DNA of 64,000 nucleotides from Promethearchaeota archaeon. GTDB taxonomy: Archaea; Asgardarchaeota; Lokiarchaeia; Sigyniarchaeales; SOKP01. The stretch's first letter is position 1. Each line of letters opens with the position of its first letter. The position numbers and the translations under genes were made by a program. This document shows positions 30,359 to 37,828 of the stretch, one piece after another. Location of the stretch: contig JAFGGO010000114.1 of the NCBI GenBank assembly GCA_016930515.1, positions 57,289 through 121,288 on the forward strand, read 5' to 3'. The notes under the pieces were generated by a model. It was not told the DNA's origin and ran no database searches. It was given only the letters and a program-made list of their open reading frames with translations.

Positions 30359-31039
30359 CTATTTAAAAATTAGATATTTAGTCGATAAGAACTGAATGTA
30401 TTCCGAAAAGTTCTTGATGTGATCAGCCATCATCATTATATCTTCTATAAGCTCTTTTAAGTAAAGATATGTACGACTTAAATAATCCATATCGTAATTC
30501 CAAAGGCGATCTAGGAGATTCCATTCGATTTTTCGCATTTTTCTTCGTTCTTCTTTGATTTCTTCGCAAGTTTCATATGCTTTTTCAAGATCAATGCTTA
30601 CAAGCTTTACTGCGCTCGTTATTTTATTCGATAAATCCTTTAAAGAATTTTTTATATTAGTAATACCATTCTTAAATTCATCATCGGGAAAAATAACTTT
30701 ATACAGGAGCAATCTATGAGCCACAAATTCTCCTATATCCTTTATTTCGTTAATCTTAGAAAATAACTTGAGTCTATCTGCTTTTGTAAATGAAGATTTT
30801 TTTGATCTATATAACCTTGATTCAAAAGACTTCTTAATTTCTTCTTCTTTTGCCGTTTGAATAACTTCTTTAAGACTCGAGGCAAATTTGTCGAAGTCTT
30901 CCTGAATTAACCATTCAATTCCTTCCATGAGTTTAATGTTTTGATCGTTAATGCTCTCCATAAATATATGAGTTAGCTCATCGATATTTAACTTTTTAAA
31001 CTCTTTTTCTGAATTGGGTAATGTCATTCTAAATACCAC
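30359..31039 (-). CDS. Divergent DUF47/PhoU-like helical protein
   Basis: KADRLKL...I.DIGE, EERRKMR and IEDIMMMAD; operonic with pit. The true start may be the ATG of MTLPN. Confidence 0.65.
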   Translation of the reverse strand: MVFRMTLPNSEKEFKKLNIDELTHIFMESINDQNIKLMEGIEWLIQEDFDKFASSLKEVIQTAKEEEIKKSFESRLYRSKKSSFTKADRLKLFSKINEIKDIGEFVAHRLLLYKVIFPDDEFKNGITNIKNSLKDLSNKITSAVKLVSIDLEKAYETCEEIKEERRKMRKIEWNLLDRLWNYDMDYLSRTYLYLKELIEDIMMMADHIKNFSEYIQFLSTKYLIFK

Positions 31040-31208
31040 GATAGTAGGAATTAATTTTTTGCCTAATTATCATCGCATATATCCGTGCTCAATTATTTTT
31101 AGGTTCTGATGTTAATATATTTCTAAAAATTATATTGTTTAAATTATTATAGGTTTCTTAACTCCTTAAAATTTTTTTTGTCTAAAGCAGTTTTAAATAA
31201 AGGTATTC

Positions 31209-32207
31209 TTAATTCATCAAGTAATCAATGATAAGTTCAGTAATGTCAGAAGAATATTCCCCTGCTCTTCTAATGCTTTCAATGATATAACTTAAAGCGA
31301 TGGTTAGGTGTAAATTACCATTGCTTGTTAATTGATTTATTTCTTCACAAGCAGCGTTCAATTCTTTTACGGATTCAATATTTTGATTTGACATGTTTAT
31401 GTTCTTTTGAAGTAAAGCGTCTAAACTATTATTTAATAATTTCATTGATATTTTGCTAGCGCGAGATATATCATCAATAGTATTTGAATCTATTTCATAT
31501 TTAATCAAATTTTTCACATTTTTCGCTAAATTTACGCCGTGATCAGCAATGCGTTCTAAAAGTCTTCCAATTAAATGATAAAAATGCGCTTCTTCTAATG
31601 ATACACCCATTTTTTGAGCAAGTATGATATCTCTCAAGGCTATATTAGTCTGCCTTGCGATTAACCATTGTAATCTATCGATATCATCATCACGTTTAGC
31701 AATGTCATCTGCCAATTCTTGGTTACTCGTTCTTAAAGCTTTAATTGCGTCCAGATGCATGTTTTCAGCAATGATGTACATTCTCTTGATTGTTTTATGG
31801 AAAGGCATCTCGTTTGGATTTAGTAAATCCTTTAATGTAATCTGATTTGAGGTTTCTTCAATTATTTCGGGACCAATCACAATTTGAGTGAAATATATAA
31901 TCTTTTCCCTGGTTTTTGATTCAATTTTTCTGCTTGATTTAATAACTAGTTTTGTATACCCCATAATATAAGCCCCTATCAGTAGTCTAAATAAAAAATC
32001 ATTATCTTTTACCTCGTCGAAATCGATATCTTTTTTTCTCTCCACGCCACGTGGGTCTACTTGTGGAGTGATTAACAAATTGCCATCGGGTTGAGTAATG
32101 ATACCTAAGAGATCGTTTTTCTTGATAGAGCGCTTTTTAATCCACTCTTTTGGGAGACTCACAATATAAGACGATCCTCCAGTCTGTTGAACTTTCCTCG
32201 TTTCCAT
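31209..32207 (-). CDS. phoU: Archaeal phosphate uptake regulator (AbrB-type N-terminal domain plus PhoU domains)
   Basis: METRKVQQTGGSSYIVSLPKEW, DDDIDRL, LERIADH and IRRAGEY. Confidence 0.9.
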   Translation of the reverse strand: METRKVQQTGGSSYIVSLPKEWIKKRSIKKNDLLGIITQPDGNLLITPQVDPRGVERKKDIDFDEVKDNDFLFRLLIGAYIMGYTKLVIKSSRKIESKTREKIIYFTQIVIGPEIIEETSNQITLKDLLNPNEMPFHKTIKRMYIIAENMHLDAIKALRTSNQELADDIAKRDDDIDRLQWLIARQTNIALRDIILAQKMGVSLEEAHFYHLIGRLLERIADHGVNLAKNVKNLIKYEIDSNTIDDISRASKISMKLLNNSLDALLQKNINMSNQNIESVKELNAACEEINQLTSNGNLHLTIALSYIIESIRRAGEYSSDITELIIDYLMN

Positions 32208-32422
32208 TTAAATACCACTAATTATTATATATATACAAGTTATTCAAACTATATATCATATATATAGAATAATACATTACTTAAGAGAATATCGAGTCTA
32301 AAAAGAATTCACTAAGTTATTATATTAATTTTCATTTTTTTCAAATCTATATATTAGGACTAAAAAGTATAGAGTTAATTATATAAGATTTTATAGAGTT
32401 AAATTTGATAAAAGGCAGGTAT

Positions 32423-34021
32423 CTAATAAAGTGGAATTCCAACAACACTTTTATGATATTTCTTTCCAAGCATTTTCATCAATGTGGGTACAATATCGGT
32501 CGTTTTACAGAATGGAATCCTTTTTTGCAGAATCTCTTCAGATCCCCCAATGATAAGAGGCACTATTGAGCTTTTTCTGAGGCCTATATCGTGCGTGTAA
32601 TGCGTATAACGCTCGTTTTTCCCATGAGACACCTTGTATAAAGTCCTTCCAAGCGTGCTCACGATTACATCGGCGCTTCTCGAGTTTTTGAAGTGGCGTG
32701 GGATGAGGTCAGGATACATGGCATGGTCTAAGTGGTATGTATATTCTAACCACTCGTCAATAGAGTGATACTTTCCATCTATCAATCTTGCAGCCTTATC
32801 GTCGTTGAAATAGCCAAACACATCGTTATTATCGTCTTCGCTTGAATATTTAGTTTTATACTGAGCTCCAGTGCCCTTATATTCGATAGAACCAGTAAGG
32901 ATTTTGTGATTATTAGGATTTTTCCTTTTTAAATAAATCGTTCCTTTTTTATAGGTATTGTCGTCTCCTCGAAAATACATTAATTGCACTCCTTTTAGTT
33001 GAAATATTTCTTGGATCATATCTTTTTTTTTGGGACCAAAATTCTGAAGTTCCTTCAGGGTAGGACGAGGCCAATAATTGCCATTTCTAAGATTACTAGA
33101 ACCCTTGAAATGAAAATGCCCAACACTCGCAAATTCAGCGATGTTAACTGTTCCTTTGGGATTTTTACGCTCGTGATAATTTTTCAAACCCGTCCTTGAG
33201 TAAAAATGAGATATGTTTCCTATCTCCTTGACTCGATAATTACCATGGTCTGATGTGATTGCTATGGCTGTATCGTTTAAATAACCCAATTTATCGAGTT
33301 CCTTGATTAAAACGCCAATTAATCTATCTATCAATAAAATATTAAGTTTATATAAAGAACTATCATATCCAAAAGTGTGCATCAAAATATCGGGCGTCAT
33401 AAACCACAGGTTGCTTCCAATCGGTGCTTCATTGGTTTTAAAATACTTTTTTGGATTCTTGAAAGTATCTATGAGTTTTCTAACCACGATTCCATTTGCG
33501 TGAGCCATGAGTCTTGCAACATGTTTTTTTCGAAGAAACCCAAGGGTTAACAATTCGTAATATAAAGCGAGCCTTATCTTGTTTTTTGGAAAGATATAAT
33601 TAGCTCCTCGTGAAATTAGTTGAGTTATACTCGCTCGATTGCCCTCCCCGATCATTTCCAACCAAGTTTGGCAATTCGTACCCAAATCAGAGTTCAGCTT
33701 ATATATTTGAAGGAGCTCGTTAGTTCCAATTCCTCCATAATCCCTTAATTCGGGTGGTGTCGTCGCTCTATCCATCCAATGATAAGCGGTCACGCCATGG
33801 CTTGGCTCGTTCCTAAAATCACCCGTGTAAGTACCAGTGAGAATTGTAGGGTGCGTGGGATATGTGACTGAGGGAAAATCAGTACAGCAATTCTTTGAAT
33901 AAATTCCAGTTTCTAATAGGTTTTTAAAATTCGGTAATAATCCTTTTTCGACAAAAGAAAAAAAATGACTTGCCCTTACATCGTCTATAATGCAAAAAAT
34001 GACCCTATTTATTTTATTAAT
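32423..34021 (-). CDS. Alkaline phosphatase superfamily enzyme (nucleotide pyrophosphatase/phosphodiesterase type), probable ATT start
   Basis: The frame extends 76 codons upstream of 33793 and contains IIDDVR and FPSVTYPTHPTILTG. Downstream are PDILMH, TSDHG and HTHD-like metal motifs. Confidence 0.85.
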   Translation of the reverse strand: MNKINRVIFCIIDDVRASHFFSFVEKGLLPNFKNLLETGIYSKNCCTDFPSVTYPTHPTILTGTYTGDFRNEPSHGVTAYHWMDRATTPPELRDYGGIGTNELLQIYKLNSDLGTNCQTWLEMIGEGNRASITQLISRGANYIFPKNKIRLALYYELLTLGFLRKKHVARLMAHANGIVVRKLIDTFKNPKKYFKTNEAPIGSNLWFMTPDILMHTFGYDSSLYKLNILLIDRLIGVLIKELDKLGYLNDTAIAITSDHGNYRVKEIGNISHFYSRTGLKNYHERKNPKGTVNIAEFASVGHFHFKGSSNLRNGNYWPRPTLKELQNFGPKKKDMIQEIFQLKGVQLMYFRGDDNTYKKGTIYLKRKNPNNHKILTGSIEYKGTGAQYKTKYSSEDDNNDVFGYFNDDKAARLIDGKYHSIDEWLEYTYHLDHAMYPDLIPRHFKNSRSADVIVSTLGRTLYKVSHGKNERYTHYTHDIGLRKSSIVPLIIGGSEEILQKRIPFCKTTDIVPTLMKMLGKKYHKSVVGIPLY

Positions 34022-34180
34022 TTCGATTCACCACGTTCACTCTAAATATGCTAATAGAAGGTTTGAACTTAAAGATATTTATGACATCATAAGAAAATTT
34101 TTTACAAACTAAAAAAATTTGCTCTTGATATAATAATCATATAGTAAATGTGAACCATTATCGATAAAAAGGAGAAGAAA

Positions 34181-34280
34181 GCCCCCGGGGGGATTTGAAC
34201 CCCCGACCTTCTGATTACAAGTCAGATGTTTCACAGAGCGTTGAGGTAACGATACTTCTATACCGCTAAGCCACGGAGGC
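34181..34280 (-). tRNA. tRNA-Thr(UGU) with a 29-nt non-canonical intron in the D-stem (24/25)
   Basis: Acceptor GCCTCCG/CGGGGGC, anticodon arm TCTGA-CTTGTAA-TCAGA, T-arm GGGGG-TTCAAAT-CCCCC. Removing 34229..34257 restores the D-stem GCT/AGC. Confidence 0.9.
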
Positions 34281-34407
34281 TTCGATTAATATTCATCAAT
34301 AATTCTCTACTGCTAAAAATTCTTTTTTCTTAATAATTTTTTTGGTAATTGATAATTCCACTGAATTAAATATCTTGATTAATCCAAATATGTTGTCTAA
34401 ATTTTGT

Positions 34408-35871
34408 TCATAAAAAAACTTTTTTTAATGCGCCTTTTTCTCTTAAACGATTAATTTGACTTTTTATATTTGAATTAAGATCTTTAGACATTGGATTTCC
34501 AGTCGTATCTAACATTTGAAGCGATGTAAGATTTTCAAACGAATCGGGAAGCGAATCGAGCTGATTATGCCCAATGTATAACTTACAAAGTGAAGAGAGG
34601 TTTCCAATTGATTTAGGAAGAGATTTCAGGTGATTACTCCATAAAAGTAATGTATGAAGCGATGTGAGGTTGCCGATTGAGTCAGGAAGATATTTAATTT
34701 GATTCTCGTGTAAAAACAATTCTTGAAGTTCCGTGAGAATGCCAAGCCAGTCTGGAATAATTTCCAAGTGATTCGAACCCATACTTAATCTGCGGAGTGA
34801 AGTGAGATTTCCGAGTGATTCAGGAAGCAAACATATATTATTTCTTTGAAGGCTTAAACTGTGAAGAAAATTGAGGTTTCCTAATGATTCGGGAAGAATT
34901 TCTAACTGATTATTATTAATATATAATTCTTCTAGAGATTTGAGATTACCGATTGAATTTGGAAGCCCTATTAGAAAGTTATCGTCCATATCAAGAACTT
35001 TAAGAGAGATTAGGTTCCCAATAGATTTGGGAAGCGACTTTAACTCGTTACAAATTAGATTTAGATTCTGGAGCAGTTTTAGATTTCCTATCGACTCGGG
35101 AAGCGTTTCTATCATGTTATGTTCTAAATTTAAGGATTTTAACCCATTTAGATCTCCAATTTCTATAGGCAAGCTTTCTAAGCGATTAATCATGAGGTTA
35201 ATTTCTTGTAATGATTTGAGATTTTTTATTGATGCAGGGAGCTTTTCTAATTTGTTATTAAATAAATTAAGATAACGGAGCGAATTAAGCTTATATAATC
35301 CCTCAATTTCTTTTAAATCCGATATTTCTCTATTGCTGAGATCCAACATTCCATTCACAACAGGAATTTTATTACCATTCAAAACAACAAACTCAAAAAA
35401 TGTTCTTAATTCTTCTTCGTTTAAAAAATCCATATAATTCTCTTCTATCAAATATTTGACGACCGTAGGAACGCCGTTTTTAAGCCTTTTTACGATTTCC
35501 TCCTTGAATACCTTCTTGGCCTTCTGATCTCCTTCTTGACTTAATCTTTTCAGTAATGGGAATGCCATATTCCTGTGGAGTAGTCTCGTATCGTAATTAT
35601 TGCCCACCCAAGCTTGAAGATTCGAACAATGACCCCAAAACTCTTCTTCGGAAGTTATTTGCAAGTCGCTTTTCTTTTCCATATTCATTAGTTCTAATTC
35701 GTCAATGGATTGGATCTCGTTCTTGCCAGATCCTCTCTCAAGAGAAATTTGTAACGCAAGAGATTTGCATTGTCGGAACTTTTCTCCTTTCACATAAATG
35801 TGGGTTTTTCCATCTTCAAGTTTGAGTTCGATGTATTTATTAATTCGAAAAATGTGATGCCGTATTGACAT
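34408..35871 (-). CDS. Lokiarchaeia-type N-terminal domain plus 23-aa LRR array
   Basis: N-terminal EEFWGHCSNLQAW domain followed by ~12 LPxSIGNLxxLxxLxLxxNxL repeats. Confidence 0.9.
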   Translation of the reverse strand: MSIRHHIFRINKYIELKLEDGKTHIYVKGEKFRQCKSLALQISLERGSGKNEIQSIDELELMNMEKKSDLQITSEEEFWGHCSNLQAWVGNNYDTRLLHRNMAFPLLKRLSQEGDQKAKKVFKEEIVKRLKNGVPTVVKYLIEENYMDFLNEEELRTFFEFVVLNGNKIPVVNGMLDLSNREISDLKEIEGLYKLNSLRYLNLFNNKLEKLPASIKNLKSLQEINLMINRLESLPIEIGDLNGLKSLNLEHNMIETLPESIGNLKLLQNLNLICNELKSLPKSIGNLISLKVLDMDDNFLIGLPNSIGNLKSLEELYINNNQLEILPESLGNLNFLHSLSLQRNNICLLPESLGNLTSLRRLSMGSNHLEIIPDWLGILTELQELFLHENQIKYLPDSIGNLTSLHTLLLWSNHLKSLPKSIGNLSSLCKLYIGHNQLDSLPDSFENLTSLQMLDTTGNPMSKDLNSNIKSQINRLREKGALKKVFL

Positions 35872-35995
35872 AAAAATAATCTCTTTTGAAGTGTACCTTT
35901 ACTAAAATTCTGATGATTTTATCTTGAAAAAAAAATACTCAAATAAATTTAAACTCATTTGGCATAAAACTGAAATGTCAAACACGAAAATTATA

Positions 35996-36589
35996 TCATT
36001 TAATGTTTTTCTTCAAGAGAGCTATTGCTTCTAATCTCGCTTTTAACAACGATTTTTCCTTAATTCCTTCCATTTCTTTTGACGGACCGATCTTTTCTTT
36101 TAAAACTCTTTTTAATAGTAGGTATTCGTCTTTCTGCGAGATGAAGGGTTCTACTTCTTCTTCGTGTATGAATTCCTCTATAGTGGTTTTTTTACCGTTA
36201 TTATTTCCTTCCGTGAGGTCAAATCTATGATTGTTAAAAACTAAAAAGCAATGTGTTATGGGAATATAGGGAATTTTATATCTTTCAACAATTTCTCCTG
36301 CACCATTCGATATTTCTTCCGTAAAACGATAAACGCCCACATGTTTACGAAGAGGAATGTTCAATTCTTCGGCAAGAGTGGCAATTACGCCGTGTTTTGT
36401 AGTACAAGTACCTTTTTTTTCCTTGAATAAGATCATTTCGTCATCTTTATTTGAGTTGTAGCCATAATCCATCTCATGAACGAGCAGGCATGCTTCCTTA
36501 AACGATTTTACGCCCATCTGTATGAACTTTTTCGACATTGGCCCTGAAATAACGATTTCGGCATCTGGTAAATAATCGTACGAATCCAT
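35996..36589 (-). CDS. Transglutaminase-like (Cys-His-Asp) hypothetical protein
   Basis: GTCTTKH...THCFL...FDLT. Confidence 0.6.
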   Translation of the reverse strand: MDSYDYLPDAEIVISGPMSKKFIQMGVKSFKEACLLVHEMDYGYNSNKDDEMILFKEKKGTCTTKHGVIATLAEELNIPLRKHVGVYRFTEEISNGAGEIVERYKIPYIPITHCFLVFNNHRFDLTEGNNNGKKTTIEEFIHEEEVEPFISQKDEYLLLKRVLKEKIGPSKEMEGIKEKSLLKARLEAIALLKKNIK

Positions 36590-36651
36590 GTTAAAATAAA
36601 GTAATTAATTTTTATTTGAATAAAAATATCAATTTGAATTTATTATTCTTT

Positions 36652-36670
36652 TCTCTATAGACTATAGAGA
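36652..36670. promoter_or_regulatory. Perfect palindrome TCTCTATAG-A-CTATAGAGA between divergent genes
   Basis: 9-bp inverted repeat with a 1-nt spacer. Confidence 0.45.
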
Positions 36671-36812
36671 TTGATATATCTAAAAAATTACACTAAAGGA
36701 GAGATTGAGCCATTTATTAGGTGGATATATAAATCTTTGCCTACACAAATAATTAAAAACTAAATTATCTTTTTTTTACACATACAAAATATATTAATTC
36801 GTTAACAATAAC

Positions 36813-37160
36813 ATGGCACCACACATTGACAAGGACGAAGTGACGAAACTTGCTTTTCGTCGATACAAGAGCGACGAACCGTACGAGAAATCGGTGTGGT
36901 ATTTGGCAGAACTCTGTTGCATAATTAATAGGAACTTAAAAAATGGTTTCGATATCGAACCTTTAGAAACAGACAATTTAATTCTAATGTTGAGAGACGA
37001 TGTAAACGGAGAAGTAAAGATGCCATCGCAAGACGAGATAAGAAGCGTTGCAGAGGTTATTTACAACGAGAATCCTCCAAGATCGGAGCTTCACTGGTTT
37101 ATTGCCGAAAAAACCTTACTTTTAGAGGAAATAAAAAAAGTTCTAAGTTCAAAAGCGTGA
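36813..37160 (+). CDS. Small protein with two DUF2934-like repeats
   Basis: DEVTKLAFRRY...WYLAE and DEIRSVAEVIY...WFIAE. Confidence 0.6.
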   Translation: MAPHIDKDEVTKLAFRRYKSDEPYEKSVWYLAELCCIINRNLKNGFDIEPLETDNLILMLRDDVNGEVKMPSQDEIRSVAEVIYNENPPRSELHWFIAEKTLLLEEIKKVLSSKA

Positions 37161-37261
37161 TTTGTTCGTTCCCCAAATCCAAACCGATTTGTGATTTACT
37201 TAATTTTTTCAATTAGAACTTTCAAAAAAAATAAGATTTAAACCAATCTTATATTGGTTCC

Positions 37262-37645
37262 TTAATCCAAGTAATTTTCCTCATACCAATCAAAAAGTAG
37301 CGGTATGTTTTCAATGATACGATAAGGAATCGATTTATGAACTAGAGCGATAAAAATTCTTTTTTGAGATCTCACTTTCTTGTAATATTCGTTGTCGTTA
37401 ATTAATTTTAGATCATCTTTATGTTCCGTATCGATATGATAAATAAAATATTCGCCCATATAAGCACACTCCTTACCCCAAGAATATTCAATTTCGGATT
37501 GGATGATAGAAACAAACATGTCAAGGTAGTTAGGAAGGAGTATTTCACCATGAATCCAGCGTTTTTCTGAAACTCCCAAGGCAAAGAACTTTCCCACGAC
37601 ATCCGTAGGTTTGTAATTTTCCAGTATTTTTTCCTTATTTACCAT
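37262..37645 (-). CDS. Hypothetical protein
   Basis: 127-aa ORF with normal composition; hairpin AACCAAT/ATTGGTT just past the stop (37242-37260). Confidence 0.6.
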   Translation of the reverse strand: MVNKEKILENYKPTDVVGKFFALGVSEKRWIHGEILLPNYLDMFVSIIQSEIEYSWGKECAYMGEYFIYHIDTEHKDDLKLINDNEYYKKVRSQKRIFIALVHKSIPYRIIENIPLLFDWYEENYLD

Positions 37646-37828
37646 CTAAATAGTTAAATAGTCAATTGCGTAAAAAGCTTATTTTTAGGCCTAATCGAAA
37701 AATTTCGACGAGATTAAAATTATAAAAGTGCAATACTGCTCGCTTTTATTAAGGAAGGAATAGATTGAATTATAACCAATCATGTTATATAATACCTAGG
37801 AAGACTAATCAAAGTATTCACGAAGTAG

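Noticed and set aside
34181-34230. tRNA 3' end as an integration (att) site for an island
   Set aside because: No duplicate of the tRNA 3' end was noticed in the window and there is no adjacent integrase.
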